The notes under the pieces are model-generated. The model was not told the DNA's origin. It made no database searches and worked only from the letters and a program-made list of their open reading frames with translations. 24,688 nucleotides of DNA from a virus (lineage: Duplodnaviria > Caudoviricetes). Positions 1 through 8,497 of the stretch are shown here, one piece after another; position 1 is the stretch's first letter; each line of letters begins with the position of its first letter. The translations under genes and the position numbers were made by a program. Where the stretch lies: IMG/VR virus record IMGVR_UViG_3300020281_000123, positions 1 to 24,688 of that record; one strand, 5' to 3'.

Positions 1-731
1 TTTTCTTTGTCTTTAGCCGCTTTCTTCATCGGCTCTGTTTTGTTTCCGTCTTTGTCTAAATCTATATAATCTGGTTTCGCTTTCTCACTCATTTTTTTCA
101 TTTTTTTCTTTTTCATTTCGTCTATTAAATTTTCACAATCTTGTAGAGTGTATTCTTTACCATCTACTTTAAACTTGTCACCTTTTTTCATACCTGCCGC
201 TTTTGCTTTTTGTACTGCTTGAGCGAAAGCATTTCCTTCCATTGGACCATCTGGTTCGTATTCTGGTTCTTTCATTGTACCATCATCTTCAAATTCTATT
301 TCAAGTTTTTCAAGTGCTCTTTTTATCACTTCTGAATCTTCTTTGTCTGCTCTTGATTTGATATCAGCGGCAACGGCATCTTTTTTCATTTTCAATGCTT
401 CTTTTTCTGGGTCAACATAATCCCCTAACATTTCATCTGCCGCTAGGTCCACTTTTTTGTAATAACCTTCTATCGCTAATTTTCTGTCTTTTAATGCTGA
501 ATCTAAAACGTCTAGGAACATTTTTTGCTTGTGATATTCTTCGTTGTGACTTAATCCATCAAATGGTTCTGATTGTTCAATGTTTGCAATCTTGCCAGCA
601 ACGTTAGATTGTGCTGTTTGTAATTGTTCTATGCTGAATTTGTCTAAATCTATAGAGGAACCAAAGACCTTAGATAGTCTGTCGTTCAACTGCTCTGTTG
701 TTAATTCCTGTCTAAACTGCTCTATTTTCAT
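1..731 (-). CDS. Hypothetical charged protein, probable internal head/prohead-core protein (runs off the window start)
   Basis: Hand translation from ATG 731 gives MKIEQFRQELTTEQLNDRLSKVFG...KAKPDYIDLDKDGNKTEPMKKAAKDKE, open to base 1. AGGA RBS and TAAATA (753-758) lie upstream. Missing from the ORF track because there is no stop in the window. Function is inferred. Confidence 0.75.
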   Translation of the reverse strand, partial: MKIEQFRQELTTEQLNDRLSKVFGSSIDLDKFSIEQLQTAQSNVAGKIANIEQSEPFDGLSHNEEYHKQKMFLDVLDSALKDRKLAIEGYYKKVDLAADEMLGDYVDPEKEALKMKKDAVAADIKSRADKEDSEVIKRALEKLEIEFEDDGTMKEPEYEPDGPMEGNAFAQAVQKAKAAGMKKGDKFKVDGKEYTLQDCENLIDEMKKKKMKKMSEKAKPDYIDLDKDGNKTEPMKKAAKDKE

Positions 732-751
732 GCTTTTGTTCCTTCGCTAAT

Positions 752-1177
752 TTATTTATCAAATATGTAGTTGTCCAAGGTGTCTCTTAACTTGAGCAAA
801 TCCTCCCACACGATGTCATAACGTATTTTAGTCACTTCACGTTTGATATCATCGTCGGTTGTGGTCATTGTGTATTTGTAGAATATGCACTCATTATACT
901 TGTTTTGTATGCTTTCATCGGTATCTACTATGTGTTTAATGCTGTTTTTAGGGTCATCAGCCAACTGCTTTGCCAAAGCCAGTGCCGCTGTTTTGGTAAA
1001 TGTTGTGGTCACTTGCTTATTGGCATTGATATCGTATAAAAGGTACCCATGTGGATTTTTGCGTATCACATAGTTCTTTACCCTCACACTATTACCGTGT
1101 TGGATTGGCATACAGACTTTCTCAGCCTGTTCATCTATAAAACGTTGGAGTCTTTTACCTAGTTTCTTGACCTGCAT
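752..1177 (-). CDS. Hypothetical phage protein
   Basis: Track ORF 752..1201. Start moved to ATG 1177 (MQVKKLG), which has GGTGG upstream and a smaller overlap. Confidence 0.7.
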   Translation of the reverse strand: MQVKKLGKRLQRFIDEQAEKVCMPIQHGNSVRVKNYVIRKNPHGYLLYDINANKQVTTTFTKTAALALAKQLADDPKNSIKHIVDTDESIQNKYNECIFYKYTMTTTDDDIKREVTKIRYDIVWEDLLKLRDTLDNYIFDK

Positions 1178-1370
1178 TCGCAACCACCATTGTTGATCCA
1201 TCTTTATCTATTTTGCGGACCAAACTTTTTCTTACTAATTGATTTATTACTTCCTGATCTCTTTCCATAAAAGTATCTAAATTTTTTACGCTCTGTAATT
1301 TACTGAGCATATCCTTCTCTTCGTTAGAGGTTTGGATAGTAAATTCTTGTATAAGTTCGTTTATCCTCAT
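1155..1370 (-). CDS. Hypothetical protein with N-terminal MRINELIQE motif
   Basis: 71 aa, tightly coupled to its neighbours (ATGA overlap with the upstream gene). Confidence 0.75.
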   Translation of the reverse strand: MRINELIQEFTIQTSNEEKDMLSKLQSVKNLDTFMERDQEVINQLVRKSLVRKIDKDGSTMVVANAGQETR

Positions 1371-1747
1371 CTGTTGGTTGCTTTTGTTCTTCTCGATAGG
1401 TTTGTTAATATAGGATCTAAATCCTTTTTGTTTACAGTCACTTTCTCTGGTGCACCTGATGTAGGTTTTGCTGTTTTCATTGTGACTGTGTCTGTGCCAA
1501 CTTGATCTATTTCGTAATCTGTTTCTTGATTAGGACTTGTTGGCAATGGTATTGTACTTCCTTTCTTTACTAATGCTTGACTGGCTCTTTTGTTTAGTGT
1601 GTTTAATGGAGACTTTATAGCCTGTGTCTTTACCGGACCCTTAGGCAATTTGTTGCTGGGTACAGGCGCTCCAGTTTTCTGTGCAGGTGCTATCTGCTTT
1701 GTAATTTTATCAAGGTATGGTGTTTCTAATATCTCTTTAAATCTCAT
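1367..1747 (-). CDS. Hypothetical Pro/Lys/Thr-rich protein with N-terminal MRFKEILE motif
   Basis: 126 aa, TAATG coupling to the upstream gene. Confidence 0.75.
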   Translation of the reverse strand: MRFKEILETPYLDKITKQIAPAQKTGAPVPSNKLPKGPVKTQAIKSPLNTLNKRASQALVKKGSTIPLPTSPNQETDYEIDQVGTDTVTMKTAKPTSGAPEKVTVNKKDLDPILTNLSRRTKATNR

Positions 1748-2082
1748 TATCTTCTAATGCTCTTTCTTTTACCCGGTCTAAAAGTGTGCCTAGTTCTGCT
1801 AGGTCTTGCCGCTCTGTTCAGTCTACTTACTCTAATACTAGGAGCAGATGTGCGTTTAGTGAATGAACGTTTGATCTTCATAGTGGATCCACGACGTGCT
1901 TTGGCTTTTTTGATTGCCATAACTGAACCCAATCTCTTTGGCTGGGTACATACTGATGGACTGCTGACTATCCTACCTTTACGTGGACCTGCTGTGCATC
2001 TGTACTTACGTACCATTTTTCCAGCCTTGGTTCGTGACCAAATCTGTACGACTGACTCTGTTACAATTTCACTTATTTTCAT
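1747..2082 (-). CDS. Small highly basic protein (MKISEIVTE...), possibly nucleic-acid binding
   Basis: 111 aa, Arg/Lys-rich; AGGTG RBS; TAAATA at 2104-2109. Confidence 0.75.
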   Translation of the reverse strand: MKISEIVTESVVQIWSRTKAGKMVRKYRCTAGPRKGRIVSSPSVCTQPKRLGSVMAIKKAKARRGSTMKIKRSFTKRTSAPSIRVSRLNRAARPSRTRHTFRPGKRKSIRR

Positions 2083-2131
2083 GAATCACCTGCTCTATAG
2101 TGTTATTTAGCGGTGAAGGGTGGTATTATGA

Positions 2132-2368
2132 TTAACCTGGAAACTTTAATAATAGGACTACTATTGTGGATAAGAGACCTGCCACTATGGTACCAGTTGC
2201 ACCTATAATGACTTTCACCATGGATTTGTTACCTGCGTTGATGTCAGTATGGATACTCTCAACTTTCTCTTCTATGTTTGATAGACGAGATTCTAAGTTT
2301 TTGTATCTTTGTTCGCACAAATCAACGTGTGCTTCTAAATTTTGTTTTTCTAAATCAGTTGTTCCCAT
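2132..2368 (-). CDS. Coiled-coil protein with a C-terminal transmembrane helix (holin/XhlA-like architecture)
   Basis: Heptad segment followed by hydrophobic VIIGATGTIVAGLLSTIVVLLL; TAAATA at 2450-2455. Confidence 0.65.
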   Translation of the reverse strand: MGTTDLEKQNLEAHVDLCEQRYKNLESRLSNIEEKVESIHTDINAGNKSMVKVIIGATGTIVAGLLSTIVVLLLKFPG

Positions 2369-2466
2369 TTTTCTCTCTTCCGTTTCTTTATCTATTTTTC
2401 TCTATGGAAGGGCCTAAATTGTATTTGCCTAAACGAGCCTTAACAAATGTATTTATTAGGGCGGTA

Positions 2467-2877
2467 TTACTCATTATCTATTTGTTTAATGAATAGTAAA
2501 TTTGTATAATCTTCATCATCAGTGATGTACACACCATTGGTTATTTTAATTGTTTCGTCCAAGCCTGTCAACATTGGAATAAGATTAAAGTCTTCATTTA
2601 ATGTTTTTACACTGATCGCCTCGGGTATTTCCGGCTCGAAAATAAATTCCCAAACCATCTGTTCACCCCTATAATTGTCACCAAACTTGAGGTTGCTGAT
2701 ATCCATCTTTTTGCCTTTTGGCACTGTCAGTATTTTGATGTTGGATCTCAATTGTAGACAATTTTCAACTGTCATGTAGTTGGCGAACTGAGCCACAGCC
2801 TTTTGATCTTCAGCCTCTTTGTTTCGGCTGACTCCTGTTTTGGTAATGTCTATCAGTGATAATGCTTTAAATCTCAT
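2467..2877 (-). CDS. Hypothetical phage protein
   Basis: Track ORF runs to 2901; ATG 2877 (MRFKALSLIDITKTG) preferred. Confidence 0.7.
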   Translation of the reverse strand: MRFKALSLIDITKTGVSRNKEAEDQKAVAQFANYMTVENCLQLRSNIKILTVPKGKKMDISNLKFGDNYRGEQMVWEFIFEPEIPEAISVKTLNEDFNLIPMLTGLDETIKITNGVYITDDEDYTNLLFIKQIDNE

Positions 2878-2918
2878 TCTATTCGCCTTTGTTCCTAGCA
2901 CACGTACTTATATGTCAT

Positions 2919-2953
2919 AAAAAAAGAGCGTCCAGTTTCCTGAACGCTCTTTT
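2919..2953 (-). terminator. Intrinsic terminator, probably bidirectional
   Basis: AAAAGAGCGT...ACGCTCTTTT inverted repeat with A/T tracts on both sides, downstream of 3007..3351. Confidence 0.75.
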
Positions 2954-3006
2954 ATATTTTTTGTTAATAGGATAAGAAGTCTTATCTGTCTTATCTTATT
3001 GTACCC

Positions 3007-3351
3007 TTACGCAAGTCCGTCGCCTGAGAACGTAACTGCCGTTACAGTCGTTGTAGTTCCAGTTGCCGCGTCGATTACTGCTTTTAATTGAGCCGCCGCC
3101 GCTGTTGCACCTGCACCTGCGTAATTGCCTTCTAATACAACTGTTAAGTCGTTAGCCGCTGGTGTACCTACCATTACCACGTTTGCTTCAGAACTGATTG
3201 CTCTTAAAGTTTTGTGGAATACTGAGTCTGCGTCGCTTGGGTTTGTGTGGATACCTGTAGCACCTGCTATTGTGTAGATTTCTAAGTCTTTTGAAAGAAC
3301 TTCGAAATTAGATGCGTTTGAGATATCTTTACTTCCTGATATTGCCGCCAT
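3007..3351 (-). CDS. Small Ala/Thr/Gly-rich putative virion structural protein
   Basis: Start MAAISGSKD at 3351 with AAGGAG RBS; own late promoter and terminator. Confidence 0.7.
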   Translation of the reverse strand: MAAISGSKDISNASNFEVLSKDLEIYTIAGATGIHTNPSDADSVFHKTLRAISSEANVVMVGTPAANDLTVVLEGNYAGAGATAAAAQLKAVIDAATGTTTTVTAVTFSGDGLA

Positions 3352-3415
3352 TTGTTTTCTCCTTTTTTCTCTTAAATGACACACTTCGCTCCGAAGTGTA
3401 TGTTGCTATTATTTA
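3352..3415 (-). promoter_or_regulatory. Late promoter (TAAATA) plus GGAG-loop hairpin leader, copy 1
   Basis: TAAATA-ATAGCAAC-ATACACTTC GGAGC GAAGTGTGT-CATTTAAGAGAAAAAAGGAGAAAACAA-ATG. Confidence 0.65.
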
Positions 3416-3449
3416 GTGGTTTTTGGTAAAAATTAAGTGCTAATACAAC

Positions 3450-3476
3450 GAAAGGGCGACATAAAGCCGCCCTTTC
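3450..3476 (-). terminator. Probable intrinsic terminator
   Basis: GAAAGGGCG...CGCCCTTTC inverted repeat downstream of 3510..3875. Confidence 0.65.
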
Positions 3477-3509
3477 TGTATTTTAACGTGTCAATGCTAC
3501 AATTAACTA

Positions 3510-3875
3510 TTACTTGAATGTTAATTGGTCAGCCGCTTCAACGATAGTATCTGTACCGATACCATCAAGGTTCTCTATAATTGCCGCTAGAGAATCTGCT
3601 GTGTGTTGAGAATTGTCAACGATTAGCGCCAAGATACCATCATTAGCATCTTTGGCAAAGTAACCAATCGCATTTACTGATTTAACAATTAACTCAACTT
3701 TTTGATCTGCTTCGCCTGCCGCATCACCGTCTTCCGCTCTTAAGTCGATAGCCGTGTTTGAGCCATTTGAAGTTGATCTTATTGTTGCTTGATAGAAGCC
3801 AAGGTTAGCATTTTGGAACACTGTTCCCGTCACATAGTTGTTTAGGAAACCATTTACTTTAGTTAATGTTGCCAT
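3510..3875 (-). CDS. Small putative virion structural protein, possibly a distant paralogue of 3007..3351
   Basis: 121 aa MATLTKVNG...; GAGGAG RBS; size, composition and leader resemble the neighbouring gene. Confidence 0.75.
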   Translation of the reverse strand: MATLTKVNGFLNNYVTGTVFQNANLGFYQATIRSTSNGSNTAIDLRAEDGDAAGEADQKVELIVKSVNAIGYFAKDANDGILALIVDNSQHTADSLAAIIENLDGIGTDTIVEAADQLTFK

Positions 3876-3940
3876 CGTGTTTCTCCTCTTTTTCTCGTTA
3901 AATGGCGTCTCCTCTCCAGAGACACTTAATGATATTTATA
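3876..3940 (-). promoter_or_regulatory. T4-type late promoter TATAAATA plus GGAG-loop hairpin leader, copy 2
   Basis: TATAAATA (3940-3933)-TCATTAA-GTGTCTCT GGAG AGGAGACGC-CATTTAACGAGAAAAAGAGGAGAAACACG-ATG. Confidence 0.65.
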
Positions 3941-3969
3941 GGTTTACTACCGAAATATGTCTGTGTGTT

Positions 3970-4908
3970 TTATTTTTTGGTGTTTTTTGCTCTAGATTGC
4001 AATGCCTTCAGCACCTGCACAAATGAAGGGCCTGCTTTTACTATGTCATCAACAAGTTTGATTGCTGGTAGATATGCTGACACAACAGAACCAGGAATGC
4101 TTTTGCCCGACAATGCGAGGTCAATGAAACGTTTAAGTGCCACTATGTTTGAACCTCCTACAAGATATCTGTATAGGGCAAGGTCTCTACCTTGTGTAGA
4201 AATGTCTGGCACACTAATCTTAGGTTCGTTGTCCTGTACGTTGCCTGTTTCAAGATTTCTGTCAGAGGCTAATTTTTCTAGATATTCGATGATGTCTGCA
4301 CTTCTTAATTTTGCTCTCGCGGCATGAAGTAGCCTAGTCACAGTCATACGTTTGTCTCTCTGTGTCAAACCGCTGAAGTTAAGTATCTCTCTTCTCACAG
4401 TCTTGTAATCAGTGTTCCTTATGTTCAAACCAGATTCTACATTTAGGAAGAATTGTGTGACGCCTGTTGGAGTCATGCCTGACGATAATTCACCTAGAAA
4501 CCTTTGGAAAGCCATTGTAGGAAATGATGCTCTTTTACGCAACATCTTTGCCGCAATGGCATCTTTCAATTTGTCCATTGCTTTGTCATCACCAGTAACG
4601 AAATAGACAAAGTTATGCAAGTCTGTTGAATGCATTCTAAATTGTTTATAATTGGTCTTTTTAGTTTGTCTTGCGTACTGCGAAGCATACTGTCTATATG
4701 TGCTGAACTGGGATAATAATTGCAATATTAAAAGTGTAAGGTATGTTCTTTCTGTGCAATCTGTGTATGTGAGTATTCGCTGGTCCTCAGCGTCACGAGT
4801 CATTCTCGCTTCGTAAAGACTGTGAAGGAAGTCTAGATTATCTGCCGTAGTTTGTTGGTTCTGCATCTGCTCCACCATACATTGATCTAAACAATGCACC
4901 CATGTCAT
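3970..4908 (-). CDS. Hypothetical phage protein (alpha-helical); true start probably 4878 or 4866
   Basis: Long ORF in the late block; no recognisable catalytic motif. Confidence 0.75.
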   Translation of the reverse strand: MTWVHCLDQCMVEQMQNQQTTADNLDFLHSLYEARMTRDAEDQRILTYTDCTERTYLTLLILQLLSQFSTYRQYASQYARQTKKTNYKQFRMHSTDLHNFVYFVTGDDKAMDKLKDAIAAKMLRKRASFPTMAFQRFLGELSSGMTPTGVTQFFLNVESGLNIRNTDYKTVRREILNFSGLTQRDKRMTVTRLLHAARAKLRSADIIEYLEKLASDRNLETGNVQDNEPKISVPDISTQGRDLALYRYLVGGSNIVALKRFIDLALSGKSIPGSVVSAYLPAIKLVDDIVKAGPSFVQVLKALQSRAKNTKK

Positions 4909-5224
4909 CAGTCTGCAAAAACTTCTCTAATGTTTCACTATTTTGTATGTCTTTTGTGAATTGACGTTTTAGGTCTGGCTTTACTTGAGGTGCTGTTAAA
5001 AGCATTCTAATCATCTTAGCCTGTTGGAAGTTCACTTTGTGCTTCTTACCATCATCTGTGATTACAGTGTCTAAAGGTCTTGGATTGCCTCTGCTGTCTA
5101 GAATTTTGCCCAATTGGTTGAACATTGAATCCTGTTTGAATTCCTTGTCGAAACCTGCATTTGGATCATCTGCTGGGTCTTGAAACTCTTTTTTAATTGG
5201 TGTAATAAAATCTCTTGCTCTCAT
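4838..5224 (-). CDS. Hypothetical protein (MRARDFIT...)
   Basis: 128 aa; TAAGGAG RBS; TAAATA at 5240-5245. Confidence 0.75.
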   Translation of the reverse strand: MRARDFITPIKKEFQDPADDPNAGFDKEFKQDSMFNQLGKILDSRGNPRPLDTVITDDGKKHKVNFQQAKMIRMLLTAPQVKPDLKRQFTKDIQNSETLEKFLQTDDMGALFRSMYGGADAEPTNYGR

Positions 5225-5234
5225 TGTGTTCTCC

Positions 5235-6380
5235 TTATCTATTTATCGCTCTATTGGCTTTAGTGAAGCCAGAACGTCTCACCAATTTAATATTGCCCTT
5301 AGGTGATTTTAGGACGTATCCTTCGCCACCAGGCTTGCCATTGACTGTGGCATTTACAACACCTTTGGACCTATCCAGTTGTTTGATTATGTTGTCCTTT
5401 GCAATCATAATACCGGATACCACTTTCCATAACGCCATGAATGCCTGTGTGTTGCTTTTGATGTAATTCATTATCCTTGCTTTTTTAACTTCCGTCACTG
5501 CTGACGTTTGTAACCATTTAACAAAATCGTTACCCAATCCTTTCAATCCCGTGTCTACCTTGCTATTAAGATATGTGTATAACAAATTAGGAAAGTCTGC
5601 AAGTTTCATACCAGCCAATGTGCTTTTGTCTAGTAGTTTGTCCATGTTTGCTGAATTACTTGCAATTAAATTTTTAAGTTCATTCACAGCACTGACATCT
5701 ACAGGTTCGCTCTTGTTCACTGTTGTTGGCGGTATAGCCAATACATCACTGCCCTGTATCATTTTTAAATCTTTCACTGGCATGGTTCTACCTTTTTCAC
5801 TCATCATGTAATGAACGACCACTCCTGCTCTACTTGTACCGATTCTTTTACCTAGGTCAGTCTCAGCAGGCACTTGATAATTTACCACATTAGGTTGGAA
5901 CACAAAACTATTGCCCACCTTCTTAGGAGTTGTGAAGTATAGCATATCTCCAACAAAGTAACCTTGGAATGTTTCCGGCACTGCGTTTTGAAATATTTCA
6001 AACACACTTTTCATTTTACTTGCATAGGCTCTGTAGGATTTTGTTTTGCTTTTGTCTTTTGCTCTCTGCATGATTGCACCTTCCAAGTCTTCTGGATTGG
6101 TTGCTCTACCGTCATAACTTTTTGCCATGAAGCCATGCTTGTCTGTGAATATGAATTCTCCGTTTGGATTCCTTCCGAATACCACTGCTGGTGATCCGTC
6201 CCATTTGATTGTCAATGATTGAGTGCCTTTGGCAAGTTGTTCTAATTGTTGCACTGCTCTCATGGCACCTGCTGATCCTTCCCAAAAAATTAAATCCTCT
6301 GCATGATGTATTCTTGCTGGACTTAATTCTTTAAGGACTAATCTTTTCTGATCAATGTTCTTAAATTCAACTATTCTCAT
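5235..6380 (-). CDS. RNA-ligase-like covalent nucleotidyltransferase fold protein (DUF6267-like)
   Basis: Motif I-like IKWDGSPA, motif III-like FVGDML, motif IV-like GEGYVL and motif V-like IKLV appear in the expected order. Family name is from memory. Confidence 0.6.
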   Translation of the reverse strand: MRIVEFKNIDQKRLVLKELSPARIHHAEDLIFWEGSAGAMRAVQQLEQLAKGTQSLTIKWDGSPAVVFGRNPNGEFIFTDKHGFMAKSYDGRATNPEDLEGAIMQRAKDKSKTKSYRAYASKMKSVFEIFQNAVPETFQGYFVGDMLYFTTPKKVGNSFVFQPNVVNYQVPAETDLGKRIGTSRAGVVVHYMMSEKGRTMPVKDLKMIQGSDVLAIPPTTVNKSEPVDVSAVNELKNLIASNSANMDKLLDKSTLAGMKLADFPNLLYTYLNSKVDTGLKGLGNDFVKWLQTSAVTEVKKARIMNYIKSNTQAFMALWKVVSGIMIAKDNIIKQLDRSKGVVNATVNGKPGGEGYVLKSPKGNIKLVRRSGFTKANRAINR

Positions 6381-7123
6381 ATCTTAATTGCATTCAACAT
6401 ATTTCTAAACCACTTGATTGGTCCAGAACTTTCAGGCAAAGTTTTGCCTATTTTAGCAAATGAATCTTTTACATCGACAATCAGTTTGTCGTAATCTGAT
6501 CTGCTTTTAATTTTTGCGTGTATGGTTTCAACACTATTCAAATCGTTTCCTACTGCGCCTTTGCCTAGCAACAGTTCAGCAATCTTGTTTGGATCTTTTG
6601 TGATAGGTTCGTTTGTTTCTCTATTCAATAGTCCTGCCTTGTGACTCCATTTGTATCCTTGTGGCTTGGCTATGCTGGCGATCATCACGTGTCTGTCCGA
6701 ACCTTTGTATTCGCTTCCAACTTCTCCACCTCTCAAACTCCATTTCATCCAGTCCGGATCACCAAACATCAAATCAGTTTGGACGTATCCATTGTTGGCA
6801 CTGCCTTTGATCGGAGTTTTGAAGTGTACACTTATACCACTCTTCTTTACCCATTGCTTTGGATCCTGTTTGTTCTTCACTGCCCATTGGGTAAGTTTGT
6901 CTGCAAGTTCGTCTTTGCTAATTTTATTCTGATCAACTGCGATGTCTATGTCACCACTTGTAGGTGCTATACCTGTTGTGCCCAATGTGTTTGTTGCTAA
7001 TGGAAGACCTGTGACTTGTTCCAGCCAGGCTATTGTAGGACTGACATCTGCTTTATTGATTCTTCTTGTTGCAATCTGTCCGTTGGGATCTTTGAATATA
7101 TTACCGCCTTCATTCAGTATCAT
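6377..7123 (-). CDS. Pol-beta superfamily nucleotidyltransferase
   Basis: hG[ST]-x7-DhDh signature LGTTGIAPTSGDIDIAVD, with a third acidic residue in VQTDLM. Start MILNEGG at 7123 preferred over 7138. Confidence 0.65.
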   Translation of the reverse strand: MILNEGGNIFKDPNGQIATRRINKADVSPTIAWLEQVTGLPLATNTLGTTGIAPTSGDIDIAVDQNKISKDELADKLTQWAVKNKQDPKQWVKKSGISVHFKTPIKGSANNGYVQTDLMFGDPDWMKWSLRGGEVGSEYKGSDRHVMIASIAKPQGYKWSHKAGLLNRETNEPITKDPNKIAELLLGKGAVGNDLNSVETIHAKIKSRSDYDKLIVDVKDSFAKIGKTLPESSGPIKWFRNMLNAIKI

Positions 7124-7373
7124 TTTGCTTTCCTTCAATTATCTTTTTGATCCCAGTTCTAAACTTCTTTGTGTCTTGATTTCTAATTGAATTAAGAAAA
7201 CGTCTTTCTAGTTCTTGTGCTTGTTCTGGTGGATAATTCGTGTTAATAGTTTGTAGTAGATTTATCGCACTCTCTATGATATTGCTACCAGTGGTTTCAA
7301 TAAAGGCTTCCGTGTCCTTTATTCTACCTATATTTCTCAGTTCATCTAATATACTTCTAGTGCGTTTTTTCAT
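7110..7373 (-). CDS. Hypothetical phage protein
   Basis: 87 aa, first gene of the leftward operon; TAAATA at 7394-7399. Confidence 0.75.
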   Translation of the reverse strand: MKKRTRSILDELRNIGRIKDTEAFIETTGSNIIESAINLLQTINTNYPPEQAQELERRFLNSIRNQDTKKFRTGIKKIIEGKQNDTE

Positions 7374-7444
7374 AGTTTAACCTACTTTTAGTGTATTTAC
7401 CGTATGAGTGATGTTTATTAAGTAGGATTTCATTGGTTCAAAAC

Positions 7445-7473
7445 AGCATAGCACACCTTCTAATTGCTGTCAA
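7445..7473 (-). promoter_or_regulatory. Sigma70-type promoter
   Basis: TTGACA-17 nt-TATGCT. Confidence 0.55.
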
Positions 7474-7501
7474 TAGTCAATTCATTAACTAAATACTTTA
7501 T

Positions 7502-7637
7502 ATGAACAAGATGACAACCAAAATACACACTTCATTATCCAATCACAGTTGGTTGTCATCTTCATTTCTCAAGCATCAGAACTTGCCGTTGTATTGCAAG
7601 TCTGTCATGCATATTCAGTAATAGTAGTACTGAACAT
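7502..7637. other. Structured intergenic element of three tandem hairpins; candidate ncRNA
   Basis: Perfect 14-bp inverted repeat 7508-7521/7549-7562; second stem 7573-7586/7596-7610; third stem 7614-7620/7628-7634. Confidence 0.45.
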
Positions 7638-7663
7638 CAGCATTAAAGGATCTAAGTACTATT

Positions 7664-7873
7664 ATGAAGTGGATAATGATTATATTTGTGTGTATGGGTG
7701 TAGACTGCCAACAGTTTCAAACTGAAAGTCTGTTTGACACTAATGAACAATGCCAAGAGGCGGCGGGTGAAATGAAAGAATATTTCATGGAAGTGTTACC
7801 GTTGAGCACAGGTGAAATTTATTGTCTTGAATACGATGGTGCTCCACCACAGCCTGCGGGACATCCAGTTTAA
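7664..7873 (+). CDS. Small Cys-containing secreted or membrane-anchored protein
   Basis: Hydrophobic N-terminus and four Cys. Confidence 0.65.
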   Translation: MKWIMIIFVCMGVDCQQFQTESLFDTNEQCQEAAGEMKEYFMEVLPLSTGEIYCLEYDGAPPQPAGHPV

Positions 7874-7885
7874 TTAAATACTATT

Positions 7886-8314
7886 ATGAAAGAGTTAATT
7901 GCTTTTTTACTGCTCTGGATAGGTGCAGAAACAAATTACAACGTAAACTTAGAAACTCCACGGGTGGTCCAACTCACTCAACAGGAACTAAACACGATGT
8001 ACTACACAGAGGACACACATCCTTCTGGGCACCTACACGCCTTCTACGATCCAAAAACGGATACAATCTATCTAAACAAATATTTCAACATACACGATCC
8101 TTTCCAAAAAAGTGTGCTACTGCACGAACTGATTCACTATGTGCAAGACAGCAATGACGTGATCGGCCCAGGCAAGCCTTTCGAATGCATGAGAGCATTG
8201 GAAGAAGAATCATATCCATTGCAACAGAAGTATCTACTGGAAGTCCACGGCATCGCTTGGGACTACGACGAACTGTGGGTCAAACTGCTTTCATCCTGCG
8301 ACGAACTATATTAA
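7886..8314 (+). CDS. HExxH zincin-like protein (DUF6647-like)
   Basis: AFYDPKTDTIYL...SVLLHELIHYVQ...EEESY; TAAATA at 7875-7880. Confidence 0.7.
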   Translation: MKELIAFLLLWIGAETNYNVNLETPRVVQLTQQELNTMYYTEDTHPSGHLHAFYDPKTDTIYLNKYFNIHDPFQKSVLLHELIHYVQDSNDVIGPGKPFECMRALEEESYPLQQKYLLEVHGIAWDYDELWVKLLSSCDELY

Positions 8315-8497
8315 ATGCAAGAACTGGGTGACAGAATATACAGCGACGAAATGTTGCGTAAGGAATTGTGTTATATGTGCCTGACACATAGACCGTTGCG
8401 CCTAGTTTATCACATCAGTCCAAACAGGAAAAAAATTATGGTGTGTTCGAGATGTATAAAGATGAACGGTCACGAAGTCGTTAAACAAGAAAATTAG
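8315..8497 (+). CDS. Small zinc-finger-like protein
   Basis: CYMC...CSRC pair. Confidence 0.55.
   Translation: MQELGDRIYSDEMLRKELCYMCLTHRPLRLVYHISPNRKKIMVCSRCIKMNGHEVVKQEN

Noticed and set aside
2966-3000. Short GATAAGA/TCTTATC inverted and direct repeats in a 3' UTR
   Set aside because: AT-rich and short, next to a clear terminator; no further support for a separate element.
395-7190. Many plus-strand ORFs opposite the late gene block
   Set aside because: They lack RBS or promoter support and lie antisense to coupled minus-strand genes.
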